Below the pieces are notes generated by a model. That model was not told the DNA's origin. It ran no database searches and saw only the letters and a list, made by a program, of their open reading frames with translations. Positions 34,822 to 44,420 of a stretch of DNA of 54,539 nt are shown here, piece after piece. The position numbers and the translations under genes are program-made. Each line of letters begins with the position of its first letter. Positions within the stretch are counted from its first letter, which is position 1. Origin of the DNA: Clostridia bacterium (GTDB lineage: Bacteria > Bacillota > DUOV01 > Zhaonellaceae); NCBI GenBank assembly GCA_012838615.1, contig DUOV01000005.1, positions 1 through 54,539 of the forward strand, read 5' to 3'.

Positions 34822-36135
34822 TTATTTTTTCTCATAATACAAATTTGGCACAACATAACCACCGGTCGAAGTAGATATCACATTGTTTTTTCCTACTCTG
34901 GTATACAAGCCTGACATTTTACCGTTATATAGATAAAGGCCTAAAATCTGTTTCCAAAACTCTACTTTGAGTTCCATGTTTAACATAGGAATTTGGGGAG
35001 GTACAACAAACTCTTGTAGTAAGTAATCTTTATCCCAAACCCTTTTCAGCACTTCCAGCCACTCATCTTCTGTATAATCCCGACCCACAAAGACTTCCCG
35101 GGAACCATATAGATCTTGGGGTTTAATAACTAAATCATCTTTTTGACTTATGGCTAGTTCCGAAAGTCTTTTGTCTCCCCTCAACACAGCAGTAAAAGGA
35201 ATATGGTTAGTAATAAATGTTTTTTCCGAATCGGTAAAAAGATCTTGTACTTCAGGAGCATTTAAAACCTGGAAAATAATTTTGTTATGAATGATCTGGG
35301 AGCGAATTGGCCCTACTACACATACCCCTTGCTGCTTATACCCTTGGATAAAATCAGTTATTTCTTCCTGATACTTTACTACCTCGTGGTTTACCAGTCT
35401 GCGGTAAACCAAATCTATCGGCAACTGACCCCAGTATAACTTACCATTTTTAAGTTTTAACCTTCTTGGGTCAGTAATAACAGTTTTACAACCTTTAGCC
35501 TGGAATGCTTGTTGAAAAGCTTCAAACTCCCGGATGGTGGACACACCTTCCCAGTCCACAATAGCTACCGTAGGCAATTTTTTACATCCTATAAATTCCC
35601 AAAAATTTTTTAAACAAGCTTCCACCCAACTATCAAGCAGTTCAAAGTAAAACAAACTATACTCCTTATTTATTTCTTCCAATAGAGGGGTTGTCAAAAA
35701 TATTTTGGCTAGCACATTATCTTCATTCATACCTGAAGACCCGTCTGTGTTAAATTCACAAAACTTTAGTTTTTGTTCAGGCTGGTAAAATAAGTCATAA
35801 CGGGCCATGGGAGCTGGGTCTTTATACCCTGGATCTACTAGAATCAATTCCTCTGTCAAAGGATCAAAGTTAAAATACTTTCTAAAATCAGGGTTGTTTA
35901 CATAAGTAGCCACAATTTTATTCAGGATGGAAGTCATTTTCTCCCCGGCTTGAGCAAGTTGTTCGATTTCTTCTTTGCTCCAAAAAACAGGCTGACATAA
36001 AAAGGGGATAGGAGTATCTATATATTTAGCTGACGAATTGGCTACCCGTACCTTAAGAGCTGCTAAAAACTTAGCAGGATTGTCCAAGCTCAATACTTTG
36101 TCAATAAAAGCTTGTGAAAGAATATCTTCCTTCAT
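34822..36135 (-). CDS. ATP-grasp ligase resembling eukaryote-type glutathione synthetase
   Basis: MARYDLFYQPEQKLKFCEFNTDGSSGMNE resembles the R.DYM....L.Q.E.NTI..SF block of GSH_synth_ATP proteins. It lies 1 nt downstream of gshA. Confidence 0.55.
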   Translation of the reverse strand: MKEDILSQAFIDKVLSLDNPAKFLAALKVRVANSSAKYIDTPIPFLCQPVFWSKEEIEQLAQAGEKMTSILNKIVATYVNNPDFRKYFNFDPLTEELILVDPGYKDPAPMARYDLFYQPEQKLKFCEFNTDGSSGMNEDNVLAKIFLTTPLLEEINKEYSLFYFELLDSWVEACLKNFWEFIGCKKLPTVAIVDWEGVSTIREFEAFQQAFQAKGCKTVITDPRRLKLKNGKLYWGQLPIDLVYRRLVNHEVVKYQEEITDFIQGYKQQGVCVVGPIRSQIIHNKIIFQVLNAPEVQDLFTDSEKTFITNHIPFTAVLRGDKRLSELAISQKDDLVIKPQDLYGSREVFVGRDYTEDEWLEVLKRVWDKDYLLQEFVVPPQIPMLNMELKVEFWKQILGLYLYNGKMSGLYTRVGKNNVISTSTGGYVVPNLYYEKK

Positions 36136-36136
36136 C

Positions 36137-37438
36137 CTAATCCCTACTTACCAGATTATTTAAGATACACCAACTTAAAGCTTCTTTCTTGCCTAAATGT
36201 ATTTTTTCCTTGCTAAGTTTGGCAGGAGACTCCCCCTTCCTGATAAGGGATTGAAGGGGCTTAAGATAAGATTTTTCTTTCTCCTCCAAACCGTGTTCAG
36301 CTAAAGCCACTACTTCTTTAGCCAATTCATATAACTTTTGGCCTCTTAAGGTAGCATTTAATCCATAAGTTAAACATTCTTTTTTAGATTGAATGATGTC
36401 CTCATTAGTTACAGCGGAAACCAGCTCACTCGCTTTTTTAAAATTAGCTTCGTTGTAAAGAAGGCCTTTCCATAGCCCAATAACGCTAAAATTTAGTGGA
36501 TAGGGAACAGCATCCGTCATTCGCACTTCTATATACTTTTTTAACCTTACATCCGGAAACACCATGGTCAATACATGTTCTAACTCAGGTAAGGAAAACC
36601 TTTGACAGTCGAAAACATCTTTCAGAGGTTTCTCCTTAGTGTAGTGAAAAGTATCGCCTTCAATTAGGAAAATAACGGGGGTGTTTAATAGGTATTCTGC
36701 ATATTCATTATAACCAAAATCCCCGTCTAAAGACCCTGGAACTACTCCACAGCGGGCATCATCACAATTACTCCAGATAGCCACCCTCTGACAGTAATTA
36801 GGGTTAAGATTTCCTTCAAAAAAGGGAGCGTTGTCAAAAAGTGCAGCCATAACAGTTGTTAGAGCATTAGCTAGGCGAAACTTTCTTTTACAATCTTCCT
36901 CACTAGCATAATCAAAACATAAATGAATTGACGCGGTCCCACGCATCATATTATAAGCATACTTTCCCTTATCTCTAAAATGGTCTGCCATAAATTGATA
37001 TCTCTTTTTGGGAATAAAAGGAATGTCTTTTATGGAGCTTTCAGGCTGATAACCTAGTGTAACCATGGCCAAACCGTGCTCATCTAAAAAAGGAACAACC
37101 TCATGTAAAAAAGTAAGATATTCCTGCTCCATCATTTCTAGGCTTAAAAGCGGCTTCATACTTAACTCAAATTGGCCTCCAGGCTCTAAAGTGACGGTAG
37201 AACCGTTTCTTTCCAGAGCCAGTAAATAACCGTCTTCATAATGGCCTTGCCAGCCTTTGTTGAGCAGGTATCTTAATATATCTTTAATGCCATTATCCTC
37301 ATAATATGAGATTGCACGTAAGCTTTCTTTTTCTACTATAAAATGTTCCAGTTCAACACCGATCTTAAAGTCGGCAGGATTTTTTTCGCTATGGCGATAG
37401 TAATTTACTAAAGCCTCTTTTTGCCTTTTATAATCCAT
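36137..37438 (-). CDS. gshA: Glutamate-cysteine ligase, GCS2 (plant/proteobacterial type)
   Basis: KIGVELEHFIV...TLEPGGQFELS are the hallmark GCS2 motifs. 433 aa. Confidence 0.75.
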   Translation of the reverse strand: MDYKRQKEALVNYYRHSEKNPADFKIGVELEHFIVEKESLRAISYYEDNGIKDILRYLLNKGWQGHYEDGYLLALERNGSTVTLEPGGQFELSMKPLLSLEMMEQEYLTFLHEVVPFLDEHGLAMVTLGYQPESSIKDIPFIPKKRYQFMADHFRDKGKYAYNMMRGTASIHLCFDYASEEDCKRKFRLANALTTVMAALFDNAPFFEGNLNPNYCQRVAIWSNCDDARCGVVPGSLDGDFGYNEYAEYLLNTPVIFLIEGDTFHYTKEKPLKDVFDCQRFSLPELEHVLTMVFPDVRLKKYIEVRMTDAVPYPLNFSVIGLWKGLLYNEANFKKASELVSAVTNEDIIQSKKECLTYGLNATLRGQKLYELAKEVVALAEHGLEEKEKSYLKPLQSLIRKGESPAKLSKEKIHLGKKEALSWCILNNLVSRD

Positions 37439-37570
37439 AGGTTAATCCTCCAAGTAGTATTTCTTGCTAATCTGTTATATTATAACACTAAGGCTTGGCA
37501 AAAAATGCAAAACTTTCATCAAAGGATAGACACTATTTAAGTTGGGATACTACAAAAGGAGGGATTAGGA

Positions 37571-38881
37571 ATGAGAATGTATGATTTAATTTTAAAAAAA
37601 AGAAACGGAAATCCGCTATCTAAGCTAGAAATAGACTTTTTTGTTAATGGTTATACAACGGGAAAAATACCTGATTACCAGGCTTCGGCTCTGCTTATGG
37701 CTATCTACTTTCAAAAGATGACTAAAGAGGAAACAGCTCATTTAACTCTAGCCATGGCTAATTCCGGCCAAATTTTAGACTTATCTCAAGTCCAAGGTAT
37801 CAAAGTAGATAAACACAGTACAGGCGGTGTAGGAGATAAAGTCTCCTTGGTTTTAGCGCCTCTAGTGGCTAGTGCCGGCGTAAAAGTACCTAAAATGAGC
37901 GGCCGAGGTCTTGGGCATACGGGAGGAACTATAGATAAACTTGAATCCATCCCAGGCTTTAAGGCCGATCTTACCCAAGAACAGTTTATCAATAATGTAA
38001 ACGCTATTGGGATGGCTATTGCCGGACAAACTGCCGATCTAGCTCCTGCTGATAAAAAACTATACGCCCTTCGAGATACAACTGCCACAGTAGATAATAT
38101 TTCCTTAATTGCAGCTAGTGTTATGTCTAAAAAGATTGCTAGTGGAGCGGACAAAATCCTTCTAGATGTAAAAACAGGCTCAGGAGCTTTTATGAAAACA
38201 GTTGAGGATTCACTTCTCCTAGCCAAAGAAATGGTGGAAATTGGGACAAATGTGGGTAGGGAGACAGTAGCTGTTATCTCTGATATGGATCAACCTTTGG
38301 GCTTAAATATCGGCAACGCCTTAGAAGTAAAAGAAGCTATTGCTACTTTACAAGGCCATGGCCCCCAGGATTTAGAAGAGCTCTGTCTGACTTTAGGAGC
38401 TCATATGTTGGTTCTAGCGGAAAAGTCTAAAGATATTCAGGAAGGAAGACAAATATTAGAAGATAAGTTGAAAAACAGTTCTGCCTACCAAACTTTCAAA
38501 AAGTTTATTATAGCCCAAGGAGGGGATCCTCTAGCCGTTAGCGACCCTGAAAACTATTTACCAAAAGCTAAGGAATCAGTCTCCTTGAAAGCTTGGGAAA
38601 CTGGCTTTATCAACCGTATCTTAGCAGAACAGGTTGGTTTGGCAACTTTAACTTTGGGTGCTGGTAGGGAGACAAAAGAGAGCCCAATTGATTTGTCTGT
38701 AGGAGTCACTTTACATAAAAAAGTAGGAGAAGAAATAAGACAAGGAGAGAGAATCGCCACAATTTATTATAATGATGAAGCTAAAGCCGAGGCAGCTTTC
38801 GCTGTCTTAAAAAAAGCTGTATCTATCAGTTCTGCTAAGCCGGAGCCTCGCCCCTTAGTCTTTAGTGTAGTAACCCCTTAA
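37571..38881 (+). CDS. pdp: Pyrimidine-nucleoside (thymidine) phosphorylase
   Basis: Has DKHSTGGVGDK, SGRGLGHTGGTIDKLESIPGF and the full-length family architecture. Confidence 0.9.
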   Translation: MRMYDLILKKRNGNPLSKLEIDFFVNGYTTGKIPDYQASALLMAIYFQKMTKEETAHLTLAMANSGQILDLSQVQGIKVDKHSTGGVGDKVSLVLAPLVASAGVKVPKMSGRGLGHTGGTIDKLESIPGFKADLTQEQFINNVNAIGMAIAGQTADLAPADKKLYALRDTTATVDNISLIAASVMSKKIASGADKILLDVKTGSGAFMKTVEDSLLLAKEMVEIGTNVGRETVAVISDMDQPLGLNIGNALEVKEAIATLQGHGPQDLEELCLTLGAHMLVLAEKSKDIQEGRQILEDKLKNSSAYQTFKKFIIAQGGDPLAVSDPENYLPKAKESVSLKAWETGFINRILAEQVGLATLTLGAGRETKESPIDLSVGVTLHKKVGEEIRQGERIATIYYNDEAKAEAAFAVLKKAVSISSAKPEPRPLVFSVVTP

Positions 38882-39279
38882 CTATGTTTTATTAAGTTTT
38901 GAGGACCGAAAGCATGGGGTAAAAGTTCGGATATGCTGGCCGAGCGAAATTCTCCCTTATTGTTAACCATGATTACCTCAATGTCTGAACCAAATTCATA
39001 GATAAACTGGCGGCAAATACCACAAGGGGTACAAAAATCTTCAGTATCGGCAACGCAGCATACAGCTTTGATATCTCTTGCTCCTTCAGAAATAGCTTTA
39101 ACTATGGCTGTTCGTTCGGCACAAATAGTACCGCCATAACTTGCTAATTCTACATTACAACCGGTAAAGATTTTACCTGAAGAGGTCATAAGGGCTGCTC
39201 CTACAGGAAAATTAGAGTAGGGGGCATAAGCCAGTTTTTTAGCCTCTAAGGCTTTACTTATTAATCGACTTTTATCCAT
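38878..39279 (-). CDS. cdd: Cytidine deaminase (homotetrameric type)
   Basis: Zinc motifs CAERTAI and CTPCGICRQ. 133 aa. Confidence 0.9.
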   Translation of the reverse strand: MDKSRLISKALEAKKLAYAPYSNFPVGAALMTSSGKIFTGCNVELASYGGTICAERTAIVKAISEGARDIKAVCCVADTEDFCTPCGICRQFIYEFGSDIEVIMVNNKGEFRSASISELLPHAFGPQNLIKHS

Positions 39280-40387
39280 GTTTCTCCTCCTTTATCGAAC
39301 TAACTAATTGTTCTAAAATATGGTTAGCCTGGGGTGGACAACCTGCAACATTAATTGTAAATCCTCTGGTACAGGCTCCAACACCAAATCCTGTTAACCT
39401 TTTCCCCTTATACCCTTGCCCTACGTAAATGGGAGCGGGGTATTTCTCTAGCAAGCCCTTTTCTTTTAAGCGCATTAAGGCGTGCATCAAGTTACCGTAA
39501 CAAGCCGAGCAAGCTTGATCCTCCACTACAAACCTTCTTAAATAATCTAATTCTTCTCCGCCTTGCCTGAGGTCAACAAGGGGAGCTTCTTGACTGCTAT
39601 TTATTTCGATTATATCCTTAGAACTTACTTTGCTTTTTCCCACTCCCAGTTTTTCAGCCAGTAGGATGTAAGGAATATCTTGTAGCTCATAGCCCAATAA
39701 CCCTGCGGCATATGCATCAATCAGAACAGGGTCCCGACCGGCTATGACCCGATTCATAGCAACAGGATTGCCTCCTTCTTCATGGGTCAAATCCCCATAC
39801 AGTCCATCCACGATAGTAAGATGAGATTTTAAGGCTTTGTTAAGCAGAGCAATAGGACGATGGAGTCCCATAGTATGAAAACGCCGCTTTTCCTGGTCTG
39901 GAATACACCCTTTTAAATTTTTTAAAGCACAGGTAAGCCTAGTCTGACAATGAGCTTTTAAGACAGGCATATTAATCAAGTAGTCAGCCTCTAAAGCCTT
40001 AGTACAAACTTTAATTTTTTCCTTTTCCACTTCTAATTCTCGGTAACTGTCGTCTTTTAAATCGATTAGAGGTACATCATAAATCTGGCTAATCTTTTCA
40101 TATCCGCAGACTTTAAAAGCTTCCTTAGTGTTGTCACCGACCCAGGAGCTCTCTATAATACTAATTTTATTAAAGCCTGCCTTTTTTAAAAAAACAATAA
40201 GGGCAGTTACCATCTCCGGAGAAGTTGTTGCTCCCCATTCAGCAGGTTGTGGTACGACCAGATTTGGTTTAATAACAATAGAAGGATTGCCAAGACTTTG
40301 CAGTTCCCCGATTAGATCTATTTTTTTTAATATAGTAGTAACTAACCTTTCCGGGTCAGCACCGTACATTATGTAAACTTTTTTCAT
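39272..40387 (-). CDS. DUF362-domain protein with a C-terminal Cys cluster
   Basis: PNLVVPQP...TSPEMV...the N-terminal region is typical of DUF362. The C-terminal region is Cys-rich (CSACYGNL...GACTRG...AGCPP). Confidence 0.55.
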   Translation of the reverse strand: MKKVYIMYGADPERLVTTILKKIDLIGELQSLGNPSIVIKPNLVVPQPAEWGATTSPEMVTALIVFLKKAGFNKISIIESSWVGDNTKEAFKVCGYEKISQIYDVPLIDLKDDSYRELEVEKEKIKVCTKALEADYLINMPVLKAHCQTRLTCALKNLKGCIPDQEKRRFHTMGLHRPIALLNKALKSHLTIVDGLYGDLTHEEGGNPVAMNRVIAGRDPVLIDAYAAGLLGYELQDIPYILLAEKLGVGKSKVSSKDIIEINSSQEAPLVDLRQGGEELDYLRRFVVEDQACSACYGNLMHALMRLKEKGLLEKYPAPIYVGQGYKGKRLTGFGVGACTRGFTINVAGCPPQANHILEQLVSSIKEEKHG

Positions 40388-40406
40388 TTGTTTCTCCTCT
40401 GTTGTT

Positions 40407-41357
40407 TTAGTGTTCCATTACTAAAGCAGCCGCACCTATAACTCCCCCGTAATCTTGTAATTTTGCCGGTAGTATTTGAGTCAAGGCTGCTTGAGCATAG
40501 CCTAAGGTTTGTACTTTGCTTCGTACTGCCGAAAAAATTATTGGTCCGGCTTTAGTGACTCCGCCTCCGATTATTACTTTTTGAGGATTTATTATGTTAA
40601 CTAGATTAGCAACTCCGATCCCTAAATAATCCAGGGCTTCATCTACAACAAGCCTTGCAACTTCATCACCACGCTGGTATGCTTCAAATACATGCTCAGC
40701 TTTTATCTCTTCTTCTGCTATACTGCTGATTAAACTTTTTGACCCCTGACTAATGCATTTTTGAGCTTTTTTGGCAATAGCGGTACCAGAGCTAAGGGTT
40801 TCCCAGCAGCCTAAATTTCCACAATTACACCGTTCTCCTTGAGGATTTAAAATCATATGTCCTATTTCACCAGCAGTACCGGTAGTACCCCGTAATAATT
40901 GACCGTTTATAACAATCCCGCCTCCAATGCCCGTACTTACAGTTAAATATACCATGTCAATACTGCCTTCTCCTGCCCCGTATTTGAACTCAGCCCAGGC
41001 AGCTGCGTTAGCATCATTTTCGACGACGACAGGTACTTGAAAATAATCTTGTAAAACACTCTTCAGGGGGTAGTTGTCCCAACCTGGCAAATTCGTCAAT
41101 CTCTTAATAACCCCTGTTTTCCATACAACTGAACCTGGTACTCCAACACCTATTCCTTTTAATTTTACTTGTCCAGGGTGCACAAGTCTTTCTATTAACT
41201 GAATAATTTGCCTAGCTACCCCCACAGGCCCTGCTTCACCTTGAGTCCTAACTTTTAAAAACTCATCAACAACTCTTTCCTCGACAATTCTCCCAGCCGC
41301 CAATTTTGTCCCGCCTAAATCTACTCCAATTAAATAACCTTCGTCCTTATCTTGCAA
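40407..41357 (-). CDS. glcK: ROK-family glucokinase
   Basis: GVDLGGTK, ENDANAAAWAE and CNCGNLGCWE zinc motif. TTG start after AGGGGTG. Confidence 0.8.
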   Translation of the reverse strand: MQDKDEGYLIGVDLGGTKLAAGRIVEERVVDEFLKVRTQGEAGPVGVARQIIQLIERLVHPGQVKLKGIGVGVPGSVVWKTGVIKRLTNLPGWDNYPLKSVLQDYFQVPVVVENDANAAAWAEFKYGAGEGSIDMVYLTVSTGIGGGIVINGQLLRGTTGTAGEIGHMILNPQGERCNCGNLGCWETLSSGTAIAKKAQKCISQGSKSLISSIAEEEIKAEHVFEAYQRGDEVARLVVDEALDYLGIGVANLVNIINPQKVIIGGGVTKAGPIIFSAVRSKVQTLGYAQAALTQILPAKLQDYGGVIGAAALVMEH

Positions 41358-41383
41358 AGGTCAACACCCCTATTTTTTTCTCA

Positions 41384-41527
41384 TTAAGTATTTTGGATCA
41401 ATTCCTGGCAAAGGTCTATTAAATGTTCTAAAACAATATCTAAAACATCTTTTACATCTATAGTATTATCATGTAGACCTTCTCGCACTAATTCTAATCT
41501 TTTTATTGCTCTTTCAAATTTTTCCAT
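41384..41527 (-). CDS. Unannotated 47-aa helical protein, possibly Spo0E-family
   Basis: Not in the ORF track because it is under 60 aa. GGAGGAG RBS 4 nt before the ATG. Sequence MEKFERAIKRLELVREGLHDNTIDVKDVLDIVLEHLIDLCQELIQNT. The helix-turn-helix-hairpin-like pattern with a (S/C)QEL motif is reminiscent of Spo0E-like phosphatases. Confidence 0.4.
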   Translation of the reverse strand: MEKFERAIKRLELVREGLHDNTIDVKDVLDIVLEHLIDLCQELIQNT

Positions 41528-41627
41528 AACTCTCCTCCCCAATTACCAATGTTCTTATGCCAATTATACATAATTTAAATTCTCGGAGGCAAAATACTCC
41601 TATTAAAAATAAAAGGAGGAGAAAAAT

Positions 41628-41882
41628 ATGTTTCTTGATCAAGGGATGGCTCTAATGGAGAAAATTGCAGTATCAATTAAAAATGCTGCTCCTGAACAAA
41701 GAAACCATTTTTTAAAAAGTACCTTAATTCTGTTTGACGTTGCTATGGAGGCATTAAAAGAGAGCCCGGAGTTTAGAGAAGCTTTTGCCAAAGTCCATAT
41801 GGAGTTTTTAAACTATCCGGAATATGCTAATCAAGTTATAGCTAAAAGTATTAAGGCTTATGATAATTACAAAAACGGATAA
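41628..41882 (+). CDS. Hypothetical 84-aa protein
   Basis: Strong RBS AAAGGAGGAG 7 nt upstream. Predicted all-helical. I recognise no family. Confidence 0.55.
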   Translation: MFLDQGMALMEKIAVSIKNAAPEQRNHFLKSTLILFDVAMEALKESPEFREAFAKVHMEFLNYPEYANQVIAKSIKAYDNYKNG

Positions 41883-42805
41883 TTATCGACGGGAAGGTCA
41901 ACAAAAGTTTCAATGCTAGGATGACGAAGAGTGTGTTCGTTAGTCCATTCGCTAAATTTTACTTTGACTTTTAATAAGGGTTCTAACCAGATAGCTTCCT
42001 TTAAGCGAGGTACTGGGTTAAGAAAGGGGTTTTGGGTTGTAATAATTGGTTGGATGGATTTGGTTAAATTTCTCCAGTCATCCTGAGTCAGCCTTCCTGT
42101 ACCCACATGACCAATATACCATAAAGCTCCTTCCTTATCGTAGAGACCTATAAGAAGAGAGTTAACTATGTTTCCTCTGAAAGTTACACCACCGACTACA
42201 GCTATTACATCCTGGTAATATTTCTTTTTTTGCCACCGGCTATCTTTACCGTTAATCCCATATGTACTGTTAAGATCTTTGATAACTATACCTTCCATTT
42301 TATTTTGACTTATAACATCAAATAAAGCTTGGCTGTCAGCAAAATTTTCTACAAGTTGTACGCTATGATTAGGGTTAATTATTTCTTCTAATAGAGCTTG
42401 TCTAAATGAAAGGGGCTTAGAAATTACCCAACTACCATTGTAGTATAAAATATCGAAAATCATATATATAATAGGGTTAGTTTTTACTAATTTTTTTACC
42501 TTTCCTAAGTTGGTAATCCCATCTCTTTTCATGACCTCGTAAAAAGACGGTTTCCCATCTTTTAAAGCTATAATTTCCCCATCTAAAATAACAGAGGTAC
42601 ATAAACAATAGTTGTTTAGTTCTAAAAGTTCAGGGTAATGAAAGGTTCGTTCGTTTAATTTACGATTATACAGTTTGACCTGGTTTCCATTAAAATAAGT
42701 TAATACCCTTACCCCATCCCATTTCACTTGACTAACCCATTGAGAGCCAGTAGGAATTTTTTCTGTACTAACCGGTTCGAAAGGAATAACTGGTTTCATA
42801 AACAT
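41867..42805 (-). CDS. ATP-dependent DNA ligase, LigD ligase-domain-only type
   Basis: Motif I KWDGVR, motif III LDGEII, motif IV IFDILY, motif V EGIVIK and an OB-fold tail. There are no polymerase or nuclease domains. Confidence 0.85.
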   Translation of the reverse strand: MFMKPVIPFEPVSTEKIPTGSQWVSQVKWDGVRVLTYFNGNQVKLYNRKLNERTFHYPELLELNNYCLCTSVILDGEIIALKDGKPSFYEVMKRDGITNLGKVKKLVKTNPIIYMIFDILYYNGSWVISKPLSFRQALLEEIINPNHSVQLVENFADSQALFDVISQNKMEGIVIKDLNSTYGINGKDSRWQKKKYYQDVIAVVGGVTFRGNIVNSLLIGLYDKEGALWYIGHVGTGRLTQDDWRNLTKSIQPIITTQNPFLNPVPRLKEAIWLEPLLKVKVKFSEWTNEHTLRHPSIETFVDLPVDNYPFL

Positions 42806-42839
42806 TTACCTTGCTTTTAAAATGCTAATTACTAAAAGG

Positions 42840-42857
42840 GCGCATCAAAAGATGCGC
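42840..42857 (-). terminator. Terminator between a small ORF and the ligase gene
   Basis: gcgcatc-aaaa-gatgcgc. The minus strand follows with CCTTTTAG. Confidence 0.5.
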
Positions 42858-42862
42858 TTAAG

Positions 42863-42994
42863 TTATTGCTTGACTTTTTTCTCAAAACTCAATCCTGGTG
42901 GCCCAATCTCTTTAGTTTTAGTACCTTCAGAGCTACCTTCCCATTCTTTTTGTCTTCTCATAATTTTTTGACTTGTTTTATCTGTATGTTTCAA
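42863..42994 (-). CDS. Possible 43-aa basic hydrophilic protein (SASP-like or spore-associated?)
   Basis: AAGGAGGG RBS 10 nt before a TTG. Sequence (M)KHTDKTSQKIMRRQKEWEGSSEGTKTKEIGPPGLSFEKKVKQ. It is followed by a terminator. Confidence 0.3.
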   Translation of the reverse strand: MKHTDKTSQKIMRRQKEWEGSSEGTKTKEIGPPGLSFEKKVKQ

Positions 42995-43184
42995 GATTGG
43001 TTGTCCCTCCTTTAAGCTTAGCTTATCCTTAGTTTTTACAATTTTATCTCAAGTACTCTGAGCAATATTGGATAGCAATCCATTTTTTTCTACATATTTT
43101 TCAGGTTTTGGCTAGTTAGAGTGTCACGTCTATTTATAAATGAATATGATACATTAGATTAAAATGAAAGGGGGCCCATAGTCT

Positions 43185-43274
43185 ATGAGTAGCTATGGAG
43201 GTCGCAACAACTTGTCGTTTGCAATTTTCTTGATCTTAATCCTCTTACTTTTCGCAAGCGACTGGGATTACTAG
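43185..43274 (+). CDS. Unannotated 29-aa tiny TM peptide, YjcZ-like sporulation peptide family candidate
   Basis: RBS AAAGGGGG. Sequence MSSYGGRNNLSFAIFLILILLLFASDWDY. The Gly-rich N-terminus plus a single hydrophobic helix resembles the tiny_TM/YjcZ family. A strong terminator follows immediately. Confidence 0.45.
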   Translation: MSSYGGRNNLSFAIFLILILLLFASDWDY

Positions 43275-43282
43275 GTAAATTT

Positions 43283-43308
43283 AAACGGCCTACCTTCATA
43301 GGCCGTTT
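43283..43308 (+). terminator. Rho-independent terminator
   Basis: aaacggcc-taccttcata-ggccgttt followed by an A/T-rich tail. Confidence 0.65.
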
Positions 43309-43439
43309 AAATTAAATGATTTTGAGTTTGTTGAATTTAAGACTCGTTTTTACAAATTAATTTAATCTTAGTCAAAATTTTGGAACTAATACAAAGTTTT
43401 AACGTCAATTATATATAGCTACCAACCTAGCAAAATTTA

Positions 43440-44420
43440 ATGCAGAACAGGATGACAGCCCAGATGAAGCCTAAATGGATTATTTGCTTTTCACTTCTTT
43501 TCACCCTGATCTTATTAGTATGTATGCAGCCCCCCTGGACTCACAAAAATTTTAAAGAACTTAATTCAACAGCTCAGGCCCATACTGGGGGTAAACAAGT
43601 AACAGAAAACTTTACGGAAAGTCCTACTAGTACAAACCAAGAAGCAATTACGAAAATAGAAAATCACTCTGAAAATTCCAAACCCGAACCAAACAATACA
43701 ACTCCTAGCAGCAATGACAAACCGAAAGAATCTAACGAAAAAAGTCAAGAAATTGAGGAGAATCAGGAACAAACTAACGATGTAGCAAATGATATAATAG
43801 AAGATGAACAAACCCCCGTAAAGGCCAAAAAAGTCTTTCTAACTTTTGATGACGGTCCTTCTTCCACAACCGAAATACTTTTAAATATTCTACAAGATTT
43901 CGACGCCAAAGCCACATTTTTTATGTTAGAGCCACAAATGACTCTTTACCCTGACAGTATTAAAAGGATGGCCCAAGAAGAACATGGACTAGGTCTTCAC
44001 GGTGTTACACATAATCGCAACCTATTTTACCAATCACCCGAATCTGCTCTGGCAGAAATGCAGTTGGCTCAATCCACTCTTGCTGCTTTAACAGGTGTAA
44101 ATACTTTTCTGGTACGTACTCCCTACGGAAGCAAACCACATATGACAGAGATGCATAAAATAGTCATGTCTGAAGCAGGTTTTATCATCTGGGACTGGAA
44201 CGTAGACAGTAAAGACTGGTTCTTTAAAGATAGACGCTTAATAGAATATACTATTGGCCAGATTGAAAGACTTGCCGATAAAGGTATTCAACCCGTAATC
44301 TTATTTCATGATAACAAGCATACTATAAAATACTTACCTGAAGTTTTGACTTACTTGCTTGAAAACGATTATGAATTTGAAATTTTGGACTCAACAATGG
44401 AAGCTATAACATTTCACTAA
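43440..44420 (+). CDS. Polysaccharide (peptidoglycan) deacetylase, NodB-homology domain, membrane-anchored
   Basis: N-terminal TM helix, a low-complexity N/E/S/T/P linker, then VFLTFDDGPS, HGVTH and the remaining NodB motifs. Confidence 0.85.
   Translation: MQNRMTAQMKPKWIICFSLLFTLILLVCMQPPWTHKNFKELNSTAQAHTGGKQVTENFTESPTSTNQEAITKIENHSENSKPEPNNTTPSSNDKPKESNEKSQEIEENQEQTNDVANDIIEDEQTPVKAKKVFLTFDDGPSSTTEILLNILQDFDAKATFFMLEPQMTLYPDSIKRMAQEEHGLGLHGVTHNRNLFYQSPESALAEMQLAQSTLAALTGVNTFLVRTPYGSKPHMTEMHKIVMSEAGFIIWDWNVDSKDWFFKDRRLIEYTIGQIERLADKGIQPVILFHDNKHTIKYLPEVLTYLLENDYEFEILDSTMEAITFH

Noticed and set aside
37786-38226. 146-aa minus-strand ORF
   Set aside because: It is antisense to pdp. The Ala/Arg/Ser/Pro-rich translation is typical of the reverse frame of a conserved gene.
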